From: Candidatus Fermentibacterota bacterium
GTDB lineage: Bacteria > Fermentibacterota > Fermentibacteria > Fermentibacterales > JCC-6
Direction of reading: 5' to 3'
Assembly (NCBI GenBank): GCA_963845085.1
Contig: CAWJQI010000001.1
Coordinates: 128,001-192,000, forward strand
DNA length: 64,000 bases
Position 1 is the first letter of the stretch, and every line of letters starts with the position of its first letter. The notes beneath the pieces are model-generated. The model ran no database searches. It was not told where the DNA came from and worked only from the letters and a program-made list of their open reading frames with translations. Shown here one piece after another: positions 21,037 through 30,246 of the stretch. A program made the translations under genes and the position numbers.

Positions 21037-22157
21037 TGATCGACTCCTTCCGAGTAGTTCGTGATCGCGTCAACAATAGCTTGCGCGGCTCTGAAACGGA
21101 AGCCCAGAGATAGCAGGTCACGCTCTTCGGAGGGGTTGGATATGAATGCAACCTCGACAAGAACCGATGGCATGTAGGCTCCCCTGAGCACATGGAAACC
21201 GGCCTGTTTCACCCCCCTGTTCCTGGCGGCTGGAAAGGCCGTGCTAAGCCTGTCCTGGATCACGGAGGCCACCGAACTGCTGTTGCTCAGGAATATGCTC
21301 TGGGCCATGTCGGCGAGTATGAATGAAAGCGGGTCCTCGGGGGAGACGGGACCTTCCTCGAGGTCCACGACCTGGTTCTCAAGAAGCTCAACCGTCCGGG
21401 CATCGCTGGTGCGGGCCCTGGACAGGAAAAAGGTCTCGAATCCGTAAGCATCCCTGTTGGTGCTGGCATTGCAGTGAATGCTGACGAAGAGGTCGGCCCT
21501 GTTCCGGTTGGCGAGCCTGGTCCTTGCCCCCAGTGAAACATATTCGTCAGTGGTCCTGGTCATCACGACCCTGACGCCGGGCAGCCTCATCTGCAGCATG
21601 TCCCTCACCAGGAGGGCGATCTCGAGGGTGCGGTTCTTCTCGTAGGTGCCCGCCGGACCGACCGCGCCGGGGTCTCTTCCCCCATGGCCGGGATCTATCA
21701 CCACGCAGTCGAAGTCGGCCAGCCAGGGGCTTTCCAGCCCGCGCTCAAGGGCCGCAAACACCAGCGAATCATCCCATACCATTACCGTGTCAGGCATGGG
21801 AGGGGGCTCGCGCCACGCGAGCATCGGAATTTCCACCGGATCCGATGTCCGGGCGAAGAGGAGCATGACGGTGCTGTCAGCGTTGAACCCGTAATCGATC
21901 CGGACGATCGAGCTGTCCAGCGAAGCCCGGAACCCGAGTGAATCACAATCAAGAGAAGTTATCCAGAGCGGAAGATTCCTGAAACCGGCTTCCACCCCTT
22001 GTTCCGTTGCCACCGAAAGGGAGTACCCGCTCACTGAAACGGTCATCGGTCCCAATTTCAGGGCATCCGGGTCGGAAAGCTCGACAAGGACCCCGTCGAA
22101 CCTCGGGAAAAGCTCAAGCGTCGCAGCGGAGATGAGGGCGAGAAGCAGGCTTGTCAT
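21033..22157 (-). CDS. N-acetylmuramoyl-L-alanine amidase (Amidase_3)
   Basis: IDPGHGG.DPGA, EK, FVSIHCNA, GVKQAGF.VL, VEVAFISN; ATGA overlap with smpB. Confidence 0.92.
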   Translation of the reverse strand: MTSLLLALISAATLELFPRFDGVLVELSDPDALKLGPMTVSVSGYSLSVATEQGVEAGFRNLPLWITSLDCDSLGFRASLDSSIVRIDYGFNADSTVMLLFARTSDPVEIPMLAWREPPPMPDTVMVWDDSLVFAALERGLESPWLADFDCVVIDPGHGGRDPGAVGPAGTYEKNRTLEIALLVRDMLQMRLPGVRVVMTRTTDEYVSLGARTRLANRNRADLFVSIHCNASTNRDAYGFETFFLSRARTSDARTVELLENQVVDLEEGPVSPEDPLSFILADMAQSIFLSNSSSVASVIQDRLSTAFPAARNRGVKQAGFHVLRGAYMPSVLVEVAFISNPSEERDLLSLGFRFRAAQAIVDAITNYSEGVDH

Positions 22158-22624
22158 TGTTCCCTGAGGCTGTGTTTCATTGCAGCCTGAAGCCTTCGCT
22201 GGGAGTCCCGTTCCGCAAGGTCGGCCCTTTTGTCGAACTGCCTTTTTCCCTTGCATACCCCCAGCAGCATTTTCGCCTGTCCCCTGTCGCTGAAATGGAC
22301 ATCGAGGGGAATGAGCGTCATTCCCTTCTCATCGACCTGGCGGCTCAACCTGTGAAGCTCCCTTGCATGCGCCAGGAGCTTCCGATCCCTTTCGGGATCA
22401 TGGTTCTCCCTGGCTTCGGGATACTCGGCAACGGTCATGCCATGAACGTACAACTCCCCGGCCTCGTTGAACCCGGCATGACTGCCTGAAAGGCTGACTT
22501 TTCCTGCTCTGATGGATTTTATTTCGCTTCCCTGAAGGACCATGCCGACCTCGAGCGAGTCCATCACGTGAAAGTCGTGCCTCGCCTTCCTGTTCCGGGC
22601 GGCTATCTTCTGTTCATCGCTCAT
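22154..22624 (-). CDS. smpB: SsrA-binding protein
   Basis: NRKARHDF, G.VL.GSEIKSIR, R.RKLL, GKRQFDKR. Confidence 0.96.
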   Translation of the reverse strand: MSDEQKIAARNRKARHDFHVMDSLEVGMVLQGSEIKSIRAGKVSLSGSHAGFNEAGELYVHGMTVAEYPEARENHDPERDRKLLAHARELHRLSRQVDEKGMTLIPLDVHFSDRGQAKMLLGVCKGKRQFDKRADLAERDSQRRLQAAMKHSLREQ

Positions 22625-22663
22625 GGACGTGCCTTTCCAAAGCTCTGAATATAGCCCGGTCCA

Positions 22664-22691
22664 TTGACTTGTCCACGAAATGCTCCATAAT
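22664..22691 (+). promoter_or_regulatory. Putative tRNA promoter
   Basis: TTGACT-16 bp-CATAAT just upstream of the tRNA. Confidence 0.6.
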
Positions 22692-22702
22692 ACCGCCTCA
22701 GC

Positions 22703-22789
22703 GCCGAGGTGGCGGAATAGGCAGACGCGCCAGGTTCAGGACCTGGTGAGGGCAACCTCGTAGGGGTTCAACTCCCCTCCTCGGTACCA
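22703..22789 (+). tRNA. tRNA-Leu(CAG)
   Basis: Acceptor GCCGAGG/CCTCGGT+A-CCA; anticodon arm CCAGG-TTCAGGA-CCTGG; long variable arm GAGG-GCAA-CCTC; T loop TTCAACT. Confidence 0.96.
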
Positions 22790-22792
22790 GCA

Positions 22793-22819
22793 ATAGGGGG
22801 TGGACTCTCCACCCCCTAT
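22793..22819. terminator. Hairpin between the tRNA and the convergent DMT gene
   Basis: ATAGGGGGTGGA-CTC-TCCACCCCCTAT perfect stem. Confidence 0.7.
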
Positions 22820-23697
22820 CCTATTGCCAGTATCCCCCCGATCACTGCAGCTGCCGTACCGGCCAGGTCCCGGAAAGAAAGCCTGTGCCCCGCGAACAGG
22901 GCGGACGGGATCATCAGGAATATCGGTGTCATCGAGATAAACATCGCCGCGACACCCGCCGGGATAAGCCTTATCGCGGTCATGGACAGGGTCACCCCGA
23001 TTACCGGCCCAGTCACGGTTCCGATGGAAAGGAACTTCATGGCAACCTTGTTCTTAAGGGCTTCGAAAACTCCCGGGGTCCGTCTGAGCAGCAGTGTGAT
23101 GGGGATGAAGGCGAGAGCTGCGGCCGCAACCCTGATCTGTGTGGCTCCGATGCTGCTGACACCGGAAAGCCCCGCCTTCCCTATCACAAGCCCCGCCGCC
23201 TGCCCGAGGGAGCCGAGCAGAGCAAGAAGAACACCGCTTCGGGTGAGCACCCATCCGCGCCCCGGCGACGAACCTTGTCCGAGGACAAGCGCTACCCCGG
23301 ACGAAGTAAGCAGAATACCGCCCCATTGCATAGGGGAGAGAGTTTCGCCGAGAAAAGCCCAGCCGAGGAGGGCGGTCATAAGGGGAACCGTGGTGTAGAT
23401 GACCATTGTGATCCTTGCGCTGATCCTCACAAATGCGCTGAAAAGGCAGAGATCGGCGAACACGAAACCCACCAGCCCCGAAATGGAGAGGAGCAGCATG
23501 TTTTCATTCGAAACACTCAGCGGAAGGAGGGTGCCGTTCAGAAACCATGAAACCGGAAGCAGGATGAGGAAGCCAAGGAACAGCCTGATCACGGTTACGC
23601 TGAAGGAACCGATGCGCTTCCCTGCGATCTCGAAGGAGAATGAGCAGACGGCCCAGCTTATCGCGGTGCCAAGTGCCGCAAGGATGCCGGTTGTCAA
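22816..23697 (-). CDS. DMT/EamA family transporter
   Basis: About 10 TM in two EamA repeats; TTG start with GGGAGG RBS. Confidence 0.88.
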   Translation of the reverse strand: MTTGILAALGTAISWAVCSFSFEIAGKRIGSFSVTVIRLFLGFLILLPVSWFLNGTLLPLSVSNENMLLLSISGLVGFVFADLCLFSAFVRISARITMVIYTTVPLMTALLGWAFLGETLSPMQWGGILLTSSGVALVLGQGSSPGRGWVLTRSGVLLALLGSLGQAAGLVIGKAGLSGVSSIGATQIRVAAAALAFIPITLLLRRTPGVFEALKNKVAMKFLSIGTVTGPVIGVTLSMTAIRLIPAGVAAMFISMTPIFLMIPSALFAGHRLSFRDLAGTAAAVIGGILAIG

Positions 23698-24043
23698 GAA
23701 AGAGCCCTCCCGTATGGATGGAAAGTTTCAACGAGCTTTCGGCTGAGGCTGTGCATGAACATAAGGAAATACGCCCCGGAGGTGCACTGGAATACGTGTT
23801 CGAGGGACGAAGATTAGGTTCTCGCGGCGGCGGTCACATGAACACTGCGCCACCGTGAGCCCGTCCTCCCCTTCCACGCGGAGCTGGTGTCGCATTCATG
23901 CCGGTCTGCGTGACCTCCGATCGAAAGCCTTCACAGGCTCCTGCCCGGACCACCACAGGCGCTGGTCCTTCGGGGCAGGATCGAAGTTTCGCCGGCCCAT
24001 CCCAACGGGTCGGACAAAATGCCTTTCCATCAAGGGCCCGGGT

Positions 24044-24598
24044 TCACCTGCGATTTCTGAGATTGTTCCCGGGAAAGATGTCAGCCACGGAAGGGTTATT
24101 CATGTCCCTCCCGGACAGGATGGGGTTTGTCGTCCCCCAGTCGATTGAGAGGTCCGGGTCGTTCCAGGCCACTCCCTGCTCGTCGCTGCCGTCATAGAGG
24201 CGGTTCACGGCGTAAAGCAGCCGAGTGTCGGTCAGGGCCAGAAAACCGTGCGCAACATGAGGGGGGACGAACAGACAGACCGGCTCATCGGCTGACAGGT
24301 CCAGCTCGGCTTTTGCAAGAAATGAGGGTGACTCGGGTCTCAGGTCGGCAATCACAGCTCTGATCCGGCCCGCCACTGGCACCCACCAGTCAGACTGCAG
24401 GCGGTGAAAATGAAGACCCCTCAGCCCTCCGGCGCGGGTTTCACTGAGGTTCAGCTGGAAGTCGGCTGAAAACTTTCCCGGCACCCACTCGGACCTGAAA
24501 ACCTCGCGGAACCAGCCCCTCTCGTCTGGCCAGACGGCCATTCTTACAAGTTCCACACCGTGTATGCCGTTTACTGTCTCCCTGCTGACCGGTTTCAT
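24044..24598 (-). CDS. rmlC: dTDP-4-dehydrorhamnose 3,5-epimerase family
   Basis: DERGWF.E, Q.N.S, LRGLHF, D.RP.SP, VAHGF, WNDPDL.IDW. Confidence 0.88.
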   Translation of the reverse strand: MKPVSRETVNGIHGVELVRMAVWPDERGWFREVFRSEWVPGKFSADFQLNLSETRAGGLRGLHFHRLQSDWWVPVAGRIRAVIADLRPESPSFLAKAELDLSADEPVCLFVPPHVAHGFLALTDTRLLYAVNRLYDGSDEQGVAWNDPDLSIDWGTTNPILSGRDMNNPSVADIFPGNNLRNRR

Positions 24599-24654
24599 TC
24601 AAACCCCCATATTCCGTTTTGGGCAAGGGTGAAGTATTCACGAAGGGAGCGGTT

Positions 24655-25302
24655 TTGAAAAGGAGGGAAGTTTTCACCGTGCTGCTCAGGGAACTTCCGG
24701 CAATGTATCCCGACGCGAGGTGCATGCTTGATTACGGAACGCCCTGGCAGCTGCTTGCTGCAACCATTCTTGCAGCGCAGACCACCGACGCCGGAGTGAA
24801 CAGGGTCACTCCCGTCCTCTGGAGGGAGTTTCCAACACCTGGCGACCTTGCGATGGCCGAGACCCCCAGGCTTGAGGAGATAATCCATCCCCTGGGCTTC
24901 TTCAGGAACAAATCCCGGTCGATCAAGGCTGCGGCGGCACATGTTGCAGCCCTGGAAGCGTTCCCGTCAACCATTGAATCACTCATTCAGGTACCCGGTG
25001 TGGGGAGGAAGACAGCGAATGTGGTCCTCGGTGAATGCTTCGGTGTACCGTCGATCATCGTGGACACGCATGTAAAAAGGCTTTCGGAAAGGCTTGACCT
25101 CACGGAAGAAACCGATCCGGACCGTATCGAAGAAGAGCTCCGGAAACATGTTCCCGCATCCAGGCAGACCGCTTTCAGCCATCAGCTCGGCTTTCACGGC
25201 AGATCCCTCTGCAAGGCCCGCTCCCCCCTCTGCCCGCTCTGCCCCTTCACCTTCTGCCGCGCCGGGGACGCGCACCGGGGACGCGCGCCGGGGACGGACT
25301 AA
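24655..25302 (+). CDS. nth: Endonuclease III
   Basis: LLAATILAAQTTD, HhH VPGVGRKTANVVL, VDTHV, C-terminal Cys cluster; stop codon lies inside the inverted-repeat element. Confidence 0.92.
   Translation: MKRREVFTVLLRELPAMYPDARCMLDYGTPWQLLAATILAAQTTDAGVNRVTPVLWREFPTPGDLAMAETPRLEEIIHPLGFFRNKSRSIKAAAAHVAALEAFPSTIESLIQVPGVGRKTANVVLGECFGVPSIIVDTHVKRLSERLDLTEETDPDRIEEELRKHVPASRQTAFSHQLGFHGRSLCKARSPLCPLCPFTFCRAGDAHRGRAPGTD
25261..25299 (+). repeat. Three tandem 13-bp units (RCCGGGGACGcgc)
   Basis: GCCGGGGACGCGC ACCGGGGACGCGC GCCGGGGACGGAC. Confidence 0.85.
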
Positions 25303-25468
25303 GATAGATTAGATTGTTGTGATATAGTGATACATAGCATGTCTTTACATAGATTATACTTTATTTGTTTGTTTTCACACACATGATCATACAAAAGCAT
25401 GGGGCAACCATTTCTGATTGCCCCACTTTGCTTTAAGCCAGCAAACTAAACTAACTTAGTCCGTCCCC
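25290..25468. mobile_element. MITE/REPIN-like AT-rich element with 23-bp terminal inverted repeats
   Basis: Left GGGGACGGACTAAGATAGATTAG; reverse complement of right end GGGGACGGACTAAGTTAGTTTAG (21/23); AT-rich non-coding interior; no TSD seen. Confidence 0.55.
25394..25434. terminator. Probable bidirectional terminator inside the element
   Basis: AAAGCA-TGGGGCAA...TTGCCCCA-ctt-TGCTTT between convergent genes. Confidence 0.6.
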
Positions 25469-26085
25469 TAGTCGATGTCGCTGAGGGTGACGTCCCAGCG
25501 GAAGCCGTCGGAACCTATGTAGACTTCCCAGAGCGTGTAGGTGTCGCCATCAACATCAACGCACTTGATGTCGTAGTAGTTGTCGGCGGGGACGTTGAAG
25601 GTGAAGGAGTTGCCAACGCTGAGAATGCCGCTGCCGAGCCTGTCGTCGCCCCAGGGCATGTCGCTCGGATCGCAGTAGATGTAATAGATGTCGTAGTTGC
25701 CGAGGTCGTTGTAGATCGTGACGGGGGCGCCGCCGCCGCTGGGTGTGGTGGTGCCGGTCCAGTTCCTTTCGCCAAGGTCGCTGAGGGTCACGTTCCAGTT
25801 GACCGTGCCGTTGATGGGCATGTTCCAGACCACATACTCGTCACCGTCTTCATCGATAAGCTTCACATCGTAGTTCCCGTTGGTGACGGTGAATGTCTTG
25901 CTGCTTCCCGAGGGGATGGTTTCGCTTTCGCCCAGCCAGTCATTGCCCCAGCTGTCGGCCGACGTGGGGGATATGTACACGTAGTAGATGGAGTAGCCAC
26001 CGGTGGAATTTGAGATCTGAAGACGGCCAGCGAATGCCGGAACAAGCATTCCCAAAGCCAGGAGAACGATGAAAACGCCTTTCAA
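25468..26085 (-). CDS. Secreted protein with two tandem ~85-aa beta-sandwich repeats
   Basis: TTG start after GGGAGG; signal peptide; repeats I.N..G.Y.IYY.Y..P....WG.D.LG...YD.K.ID.DGD.Y..W...W.VTLSD. Confidence 0.8.
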   Translation of the reverse strand: MKGVFIVLLALGMLVPAFAGRLQISNSTGGYSIYYVYISPTSADSWGNDWLGESETIPSGSSKTFTVTNGNYDVKLIDEDGDEYVVWNMPINGTVNWNVTLSDLGERNWTGTTTPSGGGAPVTIYNDLGNYDIYYIYCDPSDMPWGDDRLGSGILSVGNSFTFNVPADNYYDIKCVDVDGDTYTLWEVYIGSDGFRWDVTLSDID

Positions 26086-26266
26086 GACTGCCTCCCTTTT
26101 TCGAGTTTTCCTCCGCCCGGAGGGATGGTGCACATAATGAGTACTGTCGGAGCCCGTGTCAACACACGGGACAGGTGTTGTACAACCGGTGGGGCTGCCT
26201 CATTCCATTCCGGCAGGTCCCGGGGTATATTTCATTGCAGTTGCCGTTTTTCAGCGAGGAGATGAC

Positions 26267-27319
26267 GTGGATTTCAAATCGCAGTTCCTCATGGGAGTTG
26301 GTGCTCTCAGGGGGCGGCTGGGGGCAAGGATCCCCCTGAACGTGATGATATCGGTCACCGACAACTGCCCGAGTCGGTGCAACTACTGCAGCATCCCTTC
26401 GCGCTGCCGTCCCGACCTCTCCACTGATGACTGGAAGAAGCTGCTGAGGGAAATGCGTGCGGCTGGAACCATGAGGATCGGCGTCTGGGGAGGAGAACCC
26501 CTGACCCGCCGCGACATCGTCGAGCTCTGCGGTTTTGCCCGGGACCTGGGAATGTATGTGAGCATCGATTCAAACGGATACCTGATCCCCTCGCGTCCAG
26601 AAATCCTCGAAGCGGTGGATCATGTCGTTCTCTCCCTCGACGGCCCCCCCCATGCCCACGATGCAAACAGGGAGCTCGGAAGCTGGCTCAGAACCATGGA
26701 GGCTGTAAAACTTTGCTCAGGCAGGGTCCGCCTCTGGACCATCACCGTCCTCACATCGAACAACATAAATGAGCTGGACTGGATAATGAGCACTGCCGAG
26801 GAGTACGGCTTCATGACCACATTCCAGACGCTCCATCACAACGACTCCCTGGGCGGTGACACCACGGCGATGCGCCCATCCAACGACGAGTACAGGCTCG
26901 CCTTCAGAAAACTGCTCGCAATGAAGAAAAAGGGTGCTCCCATAGCGCTGAGCAATGGTTTCCTCGAAAAGATAGCGAATTGGCCCGATTTCACCTGCAC
27001 GAGGCTTCCCGAGAGGTTCTACGGTCCCGCGTGCAGCGCGGGAAGGATGTTCTGCAACGTGGACGTGGATGGCAGGGTCTACCCCTGTTCGCTTCTGATC
27101 GGCGAGTATCCCGGAGCCCTGAACGCGCTCGAAGTCGGCTTTGCAAAGGCCTTCAGCGCCACAGCCTTACTCCCATGCCAGGCGTGCACCGCAAGCTGCT
27201 ACCCCGAGTACAACTTTTTGTACGGCCTGTATCCGTCGGTTGCCCTGGACTGGCACAGAAGTGTCGGCAGAACCGACACGATGAGGAAAAAGGCATCTGA
27301 AAAGGCCGCCCCCGGGTAG
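26267..27319 (+). CDS. Radical SAM protein with SPASM/twitch-like domain
   Basis: CPSRCNYC, GGEPL, CSAG..C.V..DG.VYPC, CQAC..SC; GTG start after GAGGAG. Confidence 0.88.
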   Translation: MDFKSQFLMGVGALRGRLGARIPLNVMISVTDNCPSRCNYCSIPSRCRPDLSTDDWKKLLREMRAAGTMRIGVWGGEPLTRRDIVELCGFARDLGMYVSIDSNGYLIPSRPEILEAVDHVVLSLDGPPHAHDANRELGSWLRTMEAVKLCSGRVRLWTITVLTSNNINELDWIMSTAEEYGFMTTFQTLHHNDSLGGDTTAMRPSNDEYRLAFRKLLAMKKKGAPIALSNGFLEKIANWPDFTCTRLPERFYGPACSAGRMFCNVDVDGRVYPCSLLIGEYPGALNALEVGFAKAFSATALLPCQACTASCYPEYNFLYGLYPSVALDWHRSVGRTDTMRKKASEKAAPG

Positions 27320-27343
27320 TAGCCTGCCCGGGGGCGGAAGAGC

Positions 27344-28000
27344 CTACTGAAGCTGGAACCTGTACTGAAGGGTGGTCCACACGGCTGTGGAGATGTTGTT
27401 GTTCCTGGCCGGGGTCCAGCGGGTGTTCCATGCCGCCGCCATGGCGGCCTCATCGAGGGAGCTCACTTCACTGGACATGTAGAGCTGCACCTGCTCAACG
27501 TTCCCGTTGGTATTGACGTACACCCAGAGGGTCACGGTTCCCTCGATTCCAGCCATCTTCGCCATTTCGGGGTATGTGGGGGAAGGCATGAATGTGCAGA
27601 TCGGGAACACCTCCGCGGGCATGAACCTCGGAGGCCCGGCGCCTTCTGACCCGTCGGGCAGCTGGTTGGGGTTGCCCTCAACGGTGTCGACGATGGAGAG
27701 GCCCAGCGTATCCGAGTTCAAGTTGATCGTCACATCGGGGGAGATGTCTCTGACGACCTCCTCAATCTGCGAATTCAAGAGATCCTGCTGTTCCTCGACC
27801 TCGTCCTGCTGTTCCTCCACCGAGGTGTCGAAGGGGAGAAATGTATCGACTGCCTCCATGACGTTGTCGGTCGTCCTCACCGCAAGCCTGCCCAGTTCCG
27901 AAGCCGGGCAGAACTGGAACATCAGATTGACGAGCAGCAGCCCTGTCATGACACCCACATCGATGCCGGGGGAGTAATCCTGTCTTCTCGCTACGCTCAT
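27344..28000 (-). CDS. TonB-family energy transducer
   Basis: N-terminal TM; P.YPEMAK.AGIEG.V...LDEAA..A...W.PA TonB-C domain. Confidence 0.85.
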   Translation of the reverse strand: MSVARRQDYSPGIDVGVMTGLLLVNLMFQFCPASELGRLAVRTTDNVMEAVDTFLPFDTSVEEQQDEVEEQQDLLNSQIEEVVRDISPDVTINLNSDTLGLSIVDTVEGNPNQLPDGSEGAGPPRFMPAEVFPICTFMPSPTYPEMAKMAGIEGTVTLWVYVNTNGNVEQVQLYMSSEVSSLDEAAMAAAWNTRWTPARNNNISTAVWTTLQYRFQLQ

Positions 28001-28046
28001 TTCCGCACCTCCTTTCTCTGACTGAAGTACGAAAACAGGCGCACTT

Positions 28047-28370
28047 CTATTCCACGCCGGGCTTTTCCTCATTCGGCGGGTACTTCCTTGCGTTCCTGCC
28101 GATCTTGTCGATGACCGCATTCTCGGGGTCGATCCCCAGAACATCGAACAACCTGAGCGCATAGATGGTGATGTCGGCCAGCTCCTCGCCGGCGTGGACC
28201 TTCTGTTGCGCAGTCAGGTTCATGCTTTCCGAGTTGGTCATCCACTGGAAGATCTCCATGAGCTCAGCCGCTTCAACGGCAAGGGCCATTGAAAGGTTCT
28301 TGGGAGTGTGGTACTGCTCCCATCCCCTCTCCTCCGAGAAGGATCGAATGCTTTTCTTCAGCTCTTTCAT
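28047..28370 (-). CDS. MazG-like nucleotide pyrophosphohydrolase
   Basis: ERGW.QYH.PKNL..AL..EAAEL.EIFQW, EELADI, N..KYP. Confidence 0.9.
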   Translation of the reverse strand: MKELKKSIRSFSEERGWEQYHTPKNLSMALAVEAAELMEIFQWMTNSESMNLTAQQKVHAGEELADITIYALRLFDVLGIDPENAVIDKIGRNARKYPPNEEKPGVE

Positions 28371-28371
28371 A

Positions 28372-30246
28372 TCAGTCCAGTAAAAGCAGCCGGGCAACCT
28401 GTCTCAGGTTGCCGGGCGCCCTGACTTCGAGAAAGTAGGTGCCGGACGGCAGAACACCGAGTGAAATTGAGCGGTTTCCGGGCGTGAGGACATCATGTGC
28501 GACCATCCGCCCCGAAACATCGTAGAGGGACGCTTCAAGGGTGCAGCCTTCAGTGCCCCTCCAGTCGATCCAGGCGGTTCCCGAGCAGGGATTCGGGGAG
28601 ACCCAGAGGGGATATGTCCCGCCTGGCGGTGGTGAGGGAAGCTCATCGACGCCCAGCACCATGTTGCTGAGAATCTTGACTGAGGGATCAAAAGTCACCG
28701 ACACGGGGTCGAATGAGGTTTCAAAGATCACGGTCTGGTCCTGCGAGTCGTTCCACATCGTGACGAGGGTGTCCTGGCCACCTCCCTCGATCAGGAATTC
28801 GATCGGCATCGTGAAAAACGTGCCGAAATCCTGTGCCTGGTGAACGGTCACCTGCACCTGTCCTGGGGCGAACTGGTATGTGATGTCATAGACCGGATAT
28901 CCCCAGCCGTGGACCCATTCATCGAAGAACCACGACAGGTCGCCGTAATGGTTCTCGAGATGAGTCTGGAACTCCTCGGTTGATGTCAGCCCGAATTCGA
29001 AGGCGTCGAAGTAGTCTCCCAGTGCCGCGAAAAATGCGCTGTCGCCCATGAGCATTCTGAGCATGTGCAGGACGGATGCACCTTTCTGGTACGTCGTGTA
29101 CCCCCAGTACTGCTCCGGGGACGATGGTGAAGAAAGCGGGAACACCTCGCCGCTGTTCAAATATGGTTTCATTATCTCGGATACAACGTAATCAATATAG
29201 GATGCGTAACCGTAGGTCTCCATCCAGAGCGGCTCCCCGTACGTGGCGAACCCTTCGCTGAGCCACACGTCCGACCAGTCCTGCTCGGTGACGCAGTCAC
29301 CCCACCACTGGTGGGTCATCTCGTGTGCAAGGAGCCAGTCATAACCCGTCGTTCCATTGATGGCGCTCGCGATGTGGAAGACTGCCGACTGGTGCTCCAT
29401 GTCACCCTTGGGGGTCTCCACATAACTGAACTTGCATTCCCACGGGTACTGGCCGAAAAGACCCTCAAGCCTCTCCATGATCAATTCGACATTCTGAAAG
29501 CTACCAATGGCGTCCTCGACATCCCAGGAGTAGACGTAGTAAAAAAGCCTGGGGTCATCGGCATCATGCAAAACCTCATAATCGGCCACGCTGATTGCGG
29601 CCAGGTACGTCGACATGGGCAAAGGCTGCACCCAGTGGTACGTCAGCGTTCCATCCCCATTTTGGGTAATACCTGCCGAATCACCGTTTGCCACGGCATA
29701 AAGCGTATCGGGCACAGTGATGTCAAAGGTGAAGCCAGCCTTGTCAGTCGGGTGGTCAACGCAGGGAAACATGCATTTTCCCATGGATGGTTCATCCTGG
29801 TAAAGCCCGACCCCCATCTGGTACGTGACGTAGGGGTGGAACCAGAACCCCCCCCAGGCCTCATGAAACGGCGTTCCCGAGTATGTGATGACCAGCTCGA
29901 CAACGTCCGAGGGGCCTGCAGGCGGAACCAGCGAAATGAGAAGTGAATCACCGGTCTGCGTGTAGGTCATCGGGGCGCCGTCAAATGTGACAGCCGACAC
30001 CTCGAGGTCACGGAGATCGAGAAGAACCTGCCCGAGCGAGCCCTCGGTCGGTACAAGGGTGACTGTGGCTATTCCGGAGAGCACCTGATTGGCAATGTCC
30101 ACGCCGAGATCGAGATCGTACTCGAGTACATCGAACGGCCTTGGCGTATACTCATAATGGGTACTCGTGAAGGGTGATGCCAGCGGCCGTGTCCAGGCCG
30201 AATGATCGGGCATCGGCGAAGCAACAAGGAGCAAAAAGAGAAGCAT
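28372..30246 (-). CDS. M1 family aminopeptidase with T9SS CTD
   Basis: GDMEH, HEMTHQWWGD..WLSEGFATY, YQKGA.VLHMLR; CTD PNP..YDVSGR..SGTYF. Confidence 0.9.
   Translation of the reverse strand: MLLFLLLVASPMPDHSAWTRPLASPFTSTHYEYTPRPFDVLEYDLDLGVDIANQVLSGIATVTLVPTEGSLGQVLLDLRDLEVSAVTFDGAPMTYTQTGDSLLISLVPPAGPSDVVELVITYSGTPFHEAWGGFWFHPYVTYQMGVGLYQDEPSMGKCMFPCVDHPTDKAGFTFDITVPDTLYAVANGDSAGITQNGDGTLTYHWVQPLPMSTYLAAISVADYEVLHDADDPRLFYYVYSWDVEDAIGSFQNVELIMERLEGLFGQYPWECKFSYVETPKGDMEHQSAVFHIASAINGTTGYDWLLAHEMTHQWWGDCVTEQDWSDVWLSEGFATYGEPLWMETYGYASYIDYVVSEIMKPYLNSGEVFPLSSPSSPEQYWGYTTYQKGASVLHMLRMLMGDSAFFAALGDYFDAFEFGLTSTEEFQTHLENHYGDLSWFFDEWVHGWGYPVYDITYQFAPGQVQVTVHQAQDFGTFFTMPIEFLIEGGGQDTLVTMWNDSQDQTVIFETSFDPVSVTFDPSVKILSNMVLGVDELPSPPPGGTYPLWVSPNPCSGTAWIDWRGTEGCTLEASLYDVSGRMVAHDVLTPGNRSISLGVLPSGTYFLEVRAPGNLRQVARLLLLD

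Noticed and set aside
22703..22820. tRNA-Leu as an island integration site
   Set aside because: No integrase and no duplicated tRNA 3' end noticed; flanking genes are ordinary
29390..29410. GDMEH instead of GAMEN in the M1 peptidase
   Set aside because: GxMEH variants are common in bacterial M1 peptidases; the zinc motif is intact
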